DNA from: Octopus vulgaris
Taxonomy: Eukaryota
Length of the DNA: 64,000 bases
Assembly (NCBI GenBank): GCA_951406725.2
Contig: OX597823.1
Coordinates: 186,001 to 250,000, forward strand
Reading direction: 5' to 3'
The notes below the pieces were generated by a model that had not been told where the DNA came from, searched no databases, and worked only from the letters and a program-made list of their open reading frames with translations. A program made the translations under genes and the position numbers. Below are positions 27,544-39,765 of the stretch, piece by piece; position 1 is the stretch's first letter; each line of letters opens with the position of its first letter.

Positions 27544-28070
27544 ATGTATACACAGGGAAAGCGGACGTTAAATGATGATGATGATATATGTATACTAGAC
27601 AAAAAGAAAAAGAACAGATGTCAACTGTAATAGAGAGGCAAACTGAAGGAAAAGTTAGGACGAAAGGTTTGAACAAGAAAATATAGGATGTAAGAGATAA
27701 AAGATATTCTAAGTAAATGATGTCAACAAGACTACCAAATCCATTCCACTACAGAAAAAATAAATGATAAAGCAATAACAATAGATTATACCATCTGATT
27801 GGGTCCATTACATCTATAACTATATCTTTGTCATCATTAATTTCATTTACAAGAAAAATAATAAAAATGCCAAAAAGATATCAATGAAAATAACTAGAAA
27901 AAGAGATTTTTTCTTGAAATTGAAAAGGATATTTAGGGATTTCTGGATTCTACACACACACACACACACACACACACAGAATTAAACATAACTGTATGTA
28001 AAGTAAATTAGCTGGTATCAAACTAAAACTAAGTTCAGGTTCAAATTCAAGTAACTTCATCTCATCTCAC

Positions 28071-28181
28071 CTGCAAATGTTCTGGAAACAGCTGCCAACG
28101 CAAGTTCTTCTCTGTAGCATTGATCCAGCTACTGCTTTGAGAAGAGGCAAAAGTATTCCTCTTGCCTATCAGTTTTAACAT
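28071..28181 (-). CDS. Candidate alternative first coding exon (MLKLIGKRNTFASSQSSSWINATEKNLRWQLFPEHLQ)
   Basis: ATG plus 37 open codons ending at CAG|gtgaga, phase 0, compatible with the PDZ exon. No homology support. Confidence 0.4.
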
Positions 28182-28518
28182 TAGGATTTTGGCCCCTTCC
28201 CCAAGCAAAACTGAACAGAACTGCTCTATTTCATTTGAAATATTTAATGCAATAATTATAACTATAGAAGTACTGGTAGTGTTGTTGTTGGTGGTAGTGG
28301 TGGTGGTAGTAATAGTAGTAGTAGTAGTAATTGTTATATTACCAAAGCTCTTACAAGGATTTACTTCCGTCTTAAACTACAATTGTAAACAATTCATTGC
28401 AAACTTCATCATAACCGAACATTTTCCACCAAAAACCTCTCCCTAATTCTCCTGCTCTTCTCAATTTTCTTTCTCTTCCCACAACATCTCTTTCACTTAC
28501 TCCTATCCCTCACCTCTC

Positions 28519-28550
<32 letters not shown>

Positions 28551-29019
28551 GGCCAGCCAAGGAAATGTTTCAAATGTAGTTGACAAACGAAAGCCAAACA
28601 CTTTAGCTCAATAACATTTAAACAGCATGAAAATCAAAACAAAAAAACAGTTCCTTTTATCACAAGGAAGCACACTTGCAAGGCACCAGCTGCTGCTGAT
28701 AATATTCAGTCTGAATTATTCACTACTAAAAACTGTTGAATCAACATAAAAAGAACTTGATTACTCTTTTGTTTTCTACGATAGCTTTGGGTTAACCAAA
28801 GACTTATGGAAAATGAAAGCCCATCATGCATAATCTATACATAAATATGTATATATGTGTGTGTGTGTGCATGGGATAGAATTATGAACTAACAGTTTGA
28901 TAAGTGCATTGGCACAAAAACTCGGGGCCCCTGAGTCACTAAATTCAAAGTTCATAAAGTATAAAATATACAGGCTCTGTTTTATATATTGAGTAATATT
29001 TCTCCTGTTTGTAAAACCA

Positions 29020-29358
29020 TACATATTTGCTTCCTAACCATACGGTTCAGTTCCACTATCTGGCACCATGGGCAAGAGTTTTCTGCTGTAGCCCTGGGCC
29101 AACCAAAGCCTTGTGGGTAGATTTGGTACATGGAAATTGAAAAGGAGTCCATCATGTATATATGTATGTGTGTTTGTCCCCCACCACTGCTTGACGACAG
29201 GTTGGCTTGTTTGTGTCCATAAATTCGTGGTTCAGCAAAGGAGATCATCAATAGGGTACCAGACTTCAAAAAATAAGTTCTAAAGTCAATTTGTTCAAAT
29301 AAATCCTTCAGGGTAGAGGACAACATGGCTGTGGTACAAGGACTGAAACAAGCAAAAA
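29020..29358 (+). mobile_element. CORE-like SINE copy
   Basis: ttgcttcctaacc...ggcaccatgggcaag...gactgaaacaag. Confidence 0.75.
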
Positions 29359-30023
29359 ATTCACACCCCCACATAGCAGCATCTTTCAACATCCTGCTGT
29401 GCTCCAAAGTCAGTTTTGGCTGGATGCCCTTTCCTTCTCTGCCAACCACTTTACAGAGTGTGCTGGGTGCTTTTTTTTCATGGTACCAGCCCTGATGAAG
29501 TTGTGGCTGGCAAGGTCAAGATCCTTACTGACAGGGGAGGGGCTACAGCAGAACTGAAGGTGGCTTTCTGCAAGGTTATGAAAGGTTAGAATATGAAAGC
29601 AGAGACTGGGGGGGACAGGTTTCTTGCTGTTAAGGAGACTACACAGGGTGGGTGGAAGTGATTAGCATGGAGAGCAGAAAAGAGAGATAATGATGGCAGT
29701 GACAAGGGTCGGCATGGGCCCCTGGAGGGGTGGAAAGGGGAAGATTGGCTGGGTAGCAACTGTAGATGGTTAGAGATGGGGTAGAGGAGTACATATAGTA
29801 AATGATGAACAAAAAGATGAGGAGCAGTGCAAGGGATTGATAATAAATATGACTTGGAAGAAAGATGGGGGAGAGCAGAAGGGGATTAGAAATTGGAAAG
29901 GGTTTAGGGGTAAATATAGTGAATGGTGGCGGGGTAATTAATGATATGAGGTGAGAGGAAGATCTGAGGGCAGGGAAATAAGTGCTGATAGGCAGTACAA
30001 GAGGTGTGAAGAGCAGCAGCAGC

Positions 30024-30071
<48 letters not shown>

Positions 30072-30074
30072 GTT

Positions 30075-30270
30075 TCACATTTTGCCACAACAATAGCAAT
30101 TTTGGGGGGAGGGGATGAGTTGATTACATTGACCCCAGTGTTCAACTGGTACTTATTTTATTGACCCTGAAAGGGATGAAAGGCAAAGTCGACCTTGGCA
30201 GAGGTTGAACTCAGAACATAAAGACAGACAAAATGCTTAACGCTGTGCTAACGATTCTACCAGCTCACCA
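30075..30270 (-). mobile_element. tRNA-headed SINE with gcctttcatccc/gtcaataaaataagtaccag central domain
   Basis: Homologous to 36991-37223; followed by (TAA)n. Partial copies near 7070, 21100, 39000, 39780, 50580 and 63460. Confidence 0.75.
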
Positions 30271-30825
30271 TATAGTGGACATGAGAAAGATGAAAGGAAG
30301 GGAGATAGCTGTTGGGTGGGTGGGCTGCATGAGTGTGAGGGCAGAGTGATAGGTGTATGATAATGTGGGTGAGTCAACAGGAAGTGATTCAGTAAAAAGG
30401 GAGAGGAGAGATAATTTGGCAGCAGAGAAGGAAAAAGTAAGTGAAAAGAGTGAATGTTAAGAATGAAGGACGGATGTCAAATGAAATGGTTCCAAGGGAG
30501 AAAGGTAGGTGATATCAGAGAAAAGATGAAGAAATATATGCCATTCTGCACTCAATAAATTACAACCACAGAATCCCAAGTGATGGAGAAAATCAGAGAT
30601 AGAGAATGAAGTGGTGGAGAAACACCAGCCACCCTGGTCCTTTGTCATTTCTTCATTGAGATCAGCCTTCCACTTCATCCCATGTCTTTCTAACTCTTCC
30701 TCTTCTACAAGTTCTATCCAACTTAAGCAATTGGTACTTCGTTATACAGCTGTCATATTCCTATACATCACATGCTCTGCAGTCTCCTTTCATGCCCACT
30801 ACATCTGATTCCTGTCATATATATA

Positions 30826-31278
30826 TATCATCATCATCATCGTTTAACGTCTGTTTTCCGTGCTAGCACAGGTTGGACGGTTCGACCGGGGTCTGGGAAG
30901 CCAGTAGGCTGCACCAGACTCCAATCTGATCTGGCAGTGTTTCTACAGCTGGATGCCCTTCCTAACGTCAACCACTCAGTGAGTGTAGTGGGTGCTTTTT
31001 ACGTGCCACCTGCACAGGTGCCAGGGGAGGCTGGCAGCGGCTATGATTGGTTGGTGCTTTTTATGTGCCACCAGCACAGAAGCCAGTCAAGGCGGCGCTG
31101 GCATCAGCCACATTCGGATGGTGCTTTTTATGTGCCACCGGCACAGGTATCACAACTACTGTTTCCATTTGATATTTATTTCGATGTTTATGTACTTGAC
31201 TCAATAGGTCCCTCAAGCACAGTAGGTCATGTGCCAGCGGCACAGAAGCCAGCCAAGGCAGCGCTGGCACCGGCCACT
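30826..31278 (-). mobile_element. RTE-LINE 3' UTR fragment
   Basis: Near-identical to 24400-24730 over the first ~200 nt; internal ggtgcttttt(a)tgtgcca subrepeats. Confidence 0.85.
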
Positions 31279-31326
31279 ATACATACATACAAAACTTGGA
31301 GAACAGAAAGGGCTAGTTCAACGAGT

Positions 31327-31388
31327 CGTGTTCTGTCCTCACCTTCGAAACACGCATGGAGTCGAACCGGGGACAGCTGATGAAGGGG
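31327..31388 (+). ncRNA. Hammerhead-ribozyme-like motif with non-canonical strand connectivity
   Basis: CUGAUGA 31377-83, GAAA 31347-50 and GUU 31330-32. Stem I CUGUCCUC/GGGGACAG, stem III CGUGU/ACACG and stem II CUUC/GGGG all lie in catalytic register. Activity untested. Confidence 0.5.
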
Positions 31389-31789
31389 AATTTTCCTTGT
31401 GTTGTTTGTCTTGTACTCTGTTTTTTCGTTGTTAAAAAAAAGGTCCGTTTCCATGTTTGTTTTTACGTTTTCGTTTCTCGTTGAGTTCTACGTCTATTTG
31501 TGGTGTCCTGTACTCACGTATATATATTTATATATGCATGTATATATACATGTAGATGTAGGTATGTACATATATGTATGTATGTATGCATATATTTTAT
31601 TTATTAAATTATATATATATCTATATATACATGCAGGGTGTCCATAAAGTCTTTTCACAATTTAAGAGATGTATTACAAAGACAATTGATAAGATATCTT
31701 AATTAGACTTGTTCTATTGTACTCAGTGGTTTTTGAAGTGGATTCTATTTGTCACGTTGCCCGCAGACAGCTTTTATCGTGAAGAGAAA

Positions 31790-32495
31790 TAATGTGTGCA
31801 TTCACAACAGAGTGTAAGCACCCTGAGAGAAAAGTTGGACATAAGAAGCATGAGATGTAGTGTGCAAGCGAGACGACTGCACTGGTATGGTCATGTGTTG
31901 TGTATGGATGAGGACAGCTGGGTGAAAAAGTGTCACATCCTAATAGCGGGGGGAACCTGTGGAAGAGGCAGACCCAGAAAGACCTGGGATGAGCTGGTGA
32001 AGCATGACCTACGAATGCTGGGCCTCACGGAGGCAATGAAAAGCAGCCAAGACCTTTAAAGATATGCTGTGCTTGAGAAGATCTGGCAAGCCAAGTGAGA
32101 CTGTAACCATGACCTATGCCAGTGCAGCATAACCAGCCCATTTAAGAGTACCCTTCAATCATTGGGCAATAAACTGTGCTTGCGAAGACCTGTTGAGGCA
32201 AGTGAAGTCATTGCCATGGCTGATACCAATGCTGCCTGACTTGCTCCTGTACTGGCGGCACATAAAAAGCACCATTTGAACATTGTTGTTTCCAGGGTCC
32301 CCTGACTGGCTCTTGTGCCAGTGGCATGTAAAAAGCACCCACTACACTCTTAGAGTAGTTGGCATTAAGAAGGGCATCCAGCTGTAGAAACCTTGCCAGA
32401 TCAGATTGGAGCAGCTGACTGGCTTGCCATTCCTCAGTCAAACTGTCCATTCCATACCAGCATGAAAAGTGGACGTAAAATGATGATGATGACGA
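31790..32495 (+). mobile_element. RTE-LINE 3' end (ORF2 C-terminus plus 3' UTR)
   Basis: RRLHWYGHV...GRGRPRKTW motif followed by the same UTR and (GAT)n tail found throughout the window. Confidence 0.9.
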
Positions 32496-32522
32496 TATAT
32501 ATACATACATATATATAAATAT

Positions 32523-32573
<51 letters not shown>

Positions 32574-32884
32574 GAGAGAGAGAGAGAGAGATAGAGACAG
32601 ACATAGAAAAAGCAAATCAATTTTAAACATAAACCTGATGAGTCGATATTTTCTATTATTGGTACAATAACATTGATACTATGCGTTCTTTTGCATATTA
32701 TATAATACTAGCATTAAAGACCCATCGTTGCCGGGTCATAGTGCTAGTGCATGTATATATGTGTATATATATGTGTACATATTACATGTACATCTATATA
32801 TATATATATACATCTACACATAAAATACAAAGTTATATCTTGATATCGCTAGTGATAACAATACTCAAAATATATAACAGACTG

Positions 32885-33190
32885 GAATTGTTAGCCCGTC
32901 TCTTGTAATTTTGATCAATTGGATCTTGTCCTCCCTCTTGTATAGAAGTGTGGCTACAATCCAGCCTACCTCTACTTATGGGGGAACATTTTAAATTTTT
33001 TTCCAGGACGTCCTACGTCCCAGATATAAAGGTAAAATTAAAATATTTCCACTTTGCAAGTTCGAGTCGAGTACTCCCTTGCACCCTCCGTTGACTCAAA
33101 CCTTGCTTCTATTGTGGAAAATTTACTGCCTCTGATTAGATACCTTTCATAGTCGCACCAAGACACTTTTCGAAGGTGCTTTCCTCCATG
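32885..33190 (-). pseudogene. Older diverged ORF1 paralogue fragment
   Basis: With two frameshifts it reads YLIRGSKFSTIEARF..AR..LPLYLGRRTS..VPP.VE..IVATL..EDKIQLI. This aligns to YMTKGLEYGTITVQF..AR..FPSYLNRRTT..IPPHLE..ITAAV..EDKVDIL of the adjacent ORF1. Confidence 0.7.
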
Positions 33191-33191
33191 T

Positions 33192-34860
33192 TATTTCTTT
33201 ATTACCCACCAGGGGCTACGAAGAATGGCGGACATAACAAAACATGGGGGACATAGAACAATATGATTAAATTCATGAGCAAATGAAAATGAAAAAATGA
33301 TAATATGAAAGCGATGCTAACGGCCCCCTCCGCCAGCATCACTTACCTGTCCTTTTGTTTTCACTGTCACCTGAATGTTCATTCCCAATACGAAGACCAT
33401 CCATATCCATTCTTACTCCGAAACTGTCCTCCATATATTCCACAAATTCATCGCTCATTCTTGTATCTTTCACCTCCCAATTCTCCCTTTCACACCTCAA
33501 CACAAACTCATCTATATTCTTCTTTTCCAGCACTGCATATCTGGTCCCATCCATTTCATACCATTCATACTCCTCCATTACCCTTTCAACCTCTTTCTGT
33601 TCAGTCACAATATAAATGTTCGGCCTGGGTTCGTTTTCAAACTCTTGTCTGTCTGTATTATTATTTTTCTTTTGTTTTCTTGTTGGAGGGGAGCGGGTGG
33701 GTTCACTGTCTGCAGGGGAAGGGTGGGATTCAGAGGGTGCGGGTGGTGTTGGGGTGGGTTGGGGCTTCGCACAGTTTTTCTTTTTCTCTTTTTTCTTCCT
33801 TCTTCCCACTCTTGTTGCATCTCCTCTTCTTCTGTCGTTTCTTTTTCCATTTGGTTCTCTTTGGTTTCTTCCTCTTTTGGGGCTTCCGCGACGATTTCCT
33901 TTTCTTTTTCCTTTGGTGGGGGAGGGCAGTAGGCTCTTATGTGACCCCTCAGGCCACACTTGTAGCACCTGGGCGCCCTACCCTCCACCCACACTCTCAT
34001 AATAATATTTCCAGTTTTTATACTGTCCGTAAGCTTTTCTATAACTTCCGCCTCCGTCTGTATGTTCATTACTAGTGTGGCACCTCTCACGCCTTCATAT
34101 TTCATAATGGCGTGGAGGATGTCCACTTTATCTTCATTTCCTTTGATAACCGCAGCCGTTATTAATTCGCCCTCTAGGTGTGGAGGTATTCCTTCCACCC
34201 TAATTCTGGTGGTCCTTCTATTCAAATACGAAGGGAACAAGTAAAACTTTTCTGTACTCACCACCTTGGCTGCTATATTCCTGGCTGCTTTCTCCCTTTT
34301 AAATTGTACCGTTATGGTTCCATATTCTAATCCTTTTGTCATGTACACAATTTCTTCTCCTGTCTGTTTGAAAGCCTCTTCAATTGCTTCCATGTTAATC
34401 ACTTCCATTTTTCTACCTCCATTCATAAATACTTTATATTTAATGGTTCTACGATAGAACCAGTCTCCGCGCCCTGCTAGAGGCAACAGCTCAACCTCTC
34501 CGTTCTCCTCCTCCTTCATGAACTCCTGGAAGTCCGTCAACTTAGCCAGGTCTATCTCTTTTTCTGTTGACTTCTTCGTTATACCTGCGTAGGTGCTTTC
34601 CATTTTTTTCACCGCCAACTCCTTCTCAGATGTCGACGAATTTTCAGAGAAATTTCTCCCTTCCATCTCATCCGTTTGGTAGAGGCGGCTCATAGTCGCC
34701 TCAGACCGAAAAACGGCCTCCCGAACAGAAAACGTGCGACGCACAGAACCAGTGCGACGCGAAACCGCACCAACCGACGTTCCAATTCCGCAACCACAAT
34801 TCACTTTTTGTTCTTTTTTCTTTTTTAACCGAATTTTACTGAGCGCAAAAAAACGCGACC
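33192..34860 (-). mobile_element. ORF1-only non-LTR element encoding a Tx1/L1-type gag-like CCHC protein (ATG 34693 to stop 33605; overlapping -1 frame open to 33339)
   Basis: CpG-rich 5' UTR; VEGRAPRCYKCGLRGHIRAYC zinc knuckle; no endonuclease or RT; short 3' UTR ending gcccctggtgggtaataaagaaata. Confidence 0.75.
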
Positions 34861-36134
34861 TTTTTTCTCTACATTGTATACTTTATAGACAATAGTCTTT
34901 TCTTTAATTTAATTTTTTATTATCCATCTGGACTATTCCATTTCTGCATGCTAATTTTATTTTTAATTTATTCCCATTCATGTGAAACCACTTATTCAAG
35001 TTCAAGTCATTGATGCAATTTTATACCAATTGCTATTTTTACTTTTTTTATGTTATGATTATATTATACTTTAGTTTGATTTTAATTATTACTTACTACA
35101 TATAATTCAATTGTTATTACTATTTTTATTGTTAAAGTGAAAGTATCTGACATAAAATAGAGAAATGTTTTTGTTTCACTTTTAACTGAAATAGTGGAGA
35201 AGATATGATATTGCTATGGGCTCGCTCTAGGCAAGAAGTTGAACAATTTTTTTGCCCATGAAACTACATGGACCCTAAGTAAGGCATGTGTAAAATTTGA
35301 ATGAAATTGGTTGTGTAGTTCTCAAGTTTTAGGGATTCACACAGACAGACAGACAGACGGACACACATTCTCAGTTTTATATATATAAAGATTAGTGGAA
35401 CGATAATATTCTGATAAAATGTCGACATCATAAAATGAATTTCTCACTCTGTTCTCCTTGTGAATATATAATCTCTATAAATGTTAACAGTCCATCAGCA
35501 AAGCAATCCATTTCTGTTTTATAATAGTATCTGATAGCTGATACCCATGGATAGGCTTAGTAAAGCAAAGTCCAAACAGAATTTATATATATACACATAT
35601 ACATGCATGCAAGTAGTCATTAGTTTGAGATAAGAAAAAAAAGAAAAGAGTAACTAACTAATAGATGGGACTTGAACTTTATACCTGTTGCTTGCCAGGC
35701 AACTGTGTTACTAATTGATTACACTGTCGGAGTATGATTTCCCTTCTTTCCAAAATTAAGTACATATGTTCAAAACCTCTACCCATGACCACTTGCAGAT
35801 TCATCTGACCAATCTAGTACACATCCCACTTTTCATTCTCAGCAATAACTAATGGCCAAGGGTAAAAAATTTCACATTGATATTTTAGTTTTCTATCTTG
35901 GGATTCACATGGACAACATTGATTTACTTTGATTTACAATAAGTCTTTGAGGTTAATTCTTTCCCTAATAGTTTGAAGTTGATTATTGTTGAAACATTAA
36001 ATCAAAATATAACAAGTTAGACATTACTTGAAATAACTTCATCTCTGAGTATAATGTGTTCATAAAATTACCAGTGACACACAAGAGACATGCTTATAGA
36101 AAGCTTATTTGAGAACCAATAAAAGGGTTAAATC

Positions 36135-36343
36135 TAAGATTATTTTGTCAAATGTAATGCTTATCTATTCACATTGTTTTGAATTAATCATGCATTATCT
36201 CATTGTTTCGAGATCTCAATGATGCAATTGTTTATTTCTAGAATGATATTGTAGGGTATGTGTGAGGGGTCAGATCTGGCTGGTTTTAACATGAAACAAG
36301 CAGAATATTTGGGTCCGATTTGACTGGTCCAAATGTTGAAGGG
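36135..36343. mobile_element. piggyBac-like MITE, left end decayed
   Basis: Homologous to 63167-63386; ends aaggg|TTAA. Confidence 0.65.
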
Positions 36344-36990
36344 TTAAAGAGTGCAATTCCAAACACACAATTTGGAAATAGATCACAATTTCAGTTTTAT
36401 TCATTTACACATAAATGAATTTATTTGACAATAACAAATAAATCTGTAGGCATGTTAGGATATGATATCTTGAACAGAATATTAAATTATTAAAACTACA
36501 TACACACTTTAGTGTAGACTGAAAAATAATTTTAGAGAATGGATATGGATGCAATTATATTTTTTAGCTTTAAGTGAACCAATGTTTTAAGAGAACATTT
36601 TGTCCTATCCTTCCTGAATACTGACGGGTGTGTTCATAAAATCAATAATTGGTGTTACTACTGCTATCGAACACTAAACTAATTTCAGTGCAGGTGCAGT
36701 CCAGGTGAAATAGAAGGGATTGATTCTATTTTGACTACTACTCCAACAGTGAACAATGAGCCATGATGTTAGTGAGTGAGACAGTGTCTAGTTGCCTTAA
36801 CTGAGATCAGACCATTTGCTTTTTCAAATTGTTAATATACTTGCAGAGAAATTAAATCACAACTAAGATGGAAAACTGCAGAATCCCACTCGTAGTCAAT
36901 TGAGAGTTACAGTGATATGAGAGCAACAGAGAGGTAAAAAACAGAATGAAGAAGAGTATTAATGATAGGGAGATTGGAATAGTAGATACT

Positions 36991-37223
36991 TATTTCTTTG
37001 CTACCCACAAGGGGCTAAACACAGAGAGGACAAACAAGGACAGACAAACGGATTAAGTCGATTATATCAATCCCAGTGTGTAACTGGTACTTAATTTATC
37101 GACCTTGAAAGGATGAAAGGCAAAGTCAACCTCGGCGGAATTTGAACTCAGAACGTTAAGACAGACGAAATACCGCTAAGAATTTCGCCCAGCGTGCTAA
37201 TGTTTCTGTCAGCTCGCCGCCTT
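36991..37223 (-). mobile_element. Full-length young tRNA-headed SINE with 18-bp TSD
   Basis: Perfect TSD attggaatagtagatact at 36973-36990 and 37224-37241; box B-like gagttcaaattcc; CpGs retained. Confidence 0.93.
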
Positions 37224-37637
37224 ATTGGAATAGTAGATACTGTATTAGTGGTGACAGCAATACTATAACTTGTGATGTAAGTGACAGGATAGAAATAATG
37301 ATGATTAAGATAATGTAGACAGGGTTGTGATTTGTGGGCAGTTGAAGACAATATACTGGCCACCCACACACATTTCTTCCTCTGCCAATACCGCAACCAT
37401 GAGCATTGCCCCAACATTTACTAAAATTGCTGCTACTAACCACCAGACCTGTCCCTCTTATCAGACAAACCTTTTTTTAGTCACAACTGCTGTGCGCCCT
37501 ACTTCAAAACAAATATATACAACAAAGATAAAGGTCTTCATGAAAAAAAAAAAAAAAACTTGAAAATTCCAAACTTCAATTGATACACTGCTAAACAGAA
37601 TTTTAACTGGGCTGAGGAAAGTAAGAAAGAAAGAAAG

Positions 37638-37700
<63 letters not shown>

Positions 37701-39726
37701 ATGTTGCATGCACACTCCTGTGCATGAATATGAGTCAAGTAATTCAATTAAAATGTAGGTGTGTGCGGCAACACTGGTGGGTTAGGTTGAGCTCCAGTAT
37801 GAAAGTATCACATGACAGATAAACTGAGAAATCAAATGCCTTCGATGGGAAATAGCGTGGTCACTATTATCGAAAATCCTGGTTTCAGAGGGTCACAAAA
37901 CAATTCAAATTAACTGAAAGCTTTTGATAAGGTTGACCATCACATCAATGCAGCCAGTTATGCTGTGTTTTCTGATGGAATAGCTTAGTGGTCAGTCTAA
38001 ATAGTTAGCTATCAGGGCTAGTTTGAATGGTTGAATAAAAATGTCCTCTTTCATTGTGTCTCTATGTAGCTGATTGTTGGGCTGCAAGTGTTGATAAGTA
38101 TTCTGTTATATTAGCAAATGTGCATGACACTATTATAATGGTGTCAGGCATGACAGAAGCTGCAGCAGTTGGCATCATTCTAAACAAATTAGAAAGAGCA
38201 ACAATACTGATGCTGGTGGGAAAATATTCCTCTCAAATTCCTTTATCCATTCCAGATGCCCTTGCACAAGCTTCCAAGTTCTAAATCTACACAGAAATCA
38301 ACCAGCTCAACAAAAACAATGCTTGCGGAAGAAAACTGTCAGTCTTGCTTGAATTCTAATGGATTGCAACTTTGTAATTAAGAAAGAAACAAAAATTACG
38401 AGTACTCATTCTATTACACACCAAACTTCGATGCACAACCATTTCATGAGTAAATGCAGGTGAGACCCCCCCCCTTTATGAATAGAATGAGTTGACAGCC
38501 TTACACAATTCTTTACCACAGCTAATGGCTTCATGATATTTAAATTCATTTCATACTTCTGCTTCACACTGTGTTGTTCATAATAAATGTGTGCACTTGC
38601 ATGTGCACACACACACAGAAATGCAACTCCATTCTTTCAATTTTGACAAAATTTAAAAGAACAAAATCATGAGATCAAAATAAGAAATTAGAGAAGTGAA
38701 AATAAAAAGAAACCAAAAGCAAACAAATTTGAAGGGGTTGTAAAATGAATATATAAGAAAATTAGCATAAACATAAACAAAATACATTTATTGTTAATGC
38801 ATTCCTTATTCTAGTGTGTATGTGTGCATGTACATTCATGCACACTTGATTTTTAATTTAAAGAAATTAAATCTTCTCTTAGAAATTGACTCCTTTTATA
38901 AATAAATAAATAATTTTGTAAGCCATGTATAAAAGAATAATTGTTGTGATTCGATTTGTAGCCAACCACAAAAACGGATTGAGGTTCAATTAGTCGAACC
39001 AATTGCAGTATATTACTGGAACTATTTTATCAAACCAAAGTGATGGAAGGCAAGGTCACTCTCTGACAAGGATTGAACAAAGAACAATGAGGTTTCAAGA
39101 ATAAAACTCAGAAAGCATTGAATCTTCTTTGCTAGTGTTGTTTATGATAAATCTACTTTTTTATATGGCAATACAGATTTATTTTTAGATTGGAACAAAA
39201 CCATAAATTTGTAGAAGACAAGCATTGTCAACTGGACAGACTCTAGTACATGCATGTCAATCTCAGATGATGAGTGACTGGCCACAGCAACCCACATAGG
39301 ATTGAACCTAGAACCCAATGATCTAAACTAATAATGTTAGATTTTTAATCTGCTGCATTACTTCATCACTTTCTGTGTCAAAAAACAGAAAAAAAAAGGA
39401 AATGGTAGGAGAATGAAAAATAAATAACAAAAATCAAAAAAAGGTTTAACAAATATTTCCAAAATATAAAAAAATAAAGAAAACAGTAAATATGTTGATA
39501 AAAAGAAAGTAAAAACCACTTCAATTGCACCAAGATGCAGTCAAGTTGAAAAGAATTAAGAAACATTCAGAAGGAGAGGGAAACAAGGCAGCAAATTTGG
39601 AAGCAATTCAAATCAAATATTTCATTCTCAAGCAAAAGAATGCAAAGCATTTTTGGTGGGTTTTTAAAAAAAATTTCATCTTAAAACAGACACAGAAAAG
39701 AGCATTGGAGAGAATATTCCACACAA

Positions 39727-39765
<39 letters not shown>

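Larger units (their letters stand above)
32708..35391 (-). mobile_element. Non-autonomous Helitron (2684 bp) with cargo
   Basis: Minus strand A|TC...CTAG|T. GACCC...GGGTC hairpin (32719-32737) 11 nt from the 3' end. (CTGT)n near the 5' end. No TSD. Confidence 0.8.

Noticed and set aside
33305-34075. Plus-strand ORFs of 128-256 aa
   Set aside because: They are antisense shadows of the purine-rich ORF1 element.
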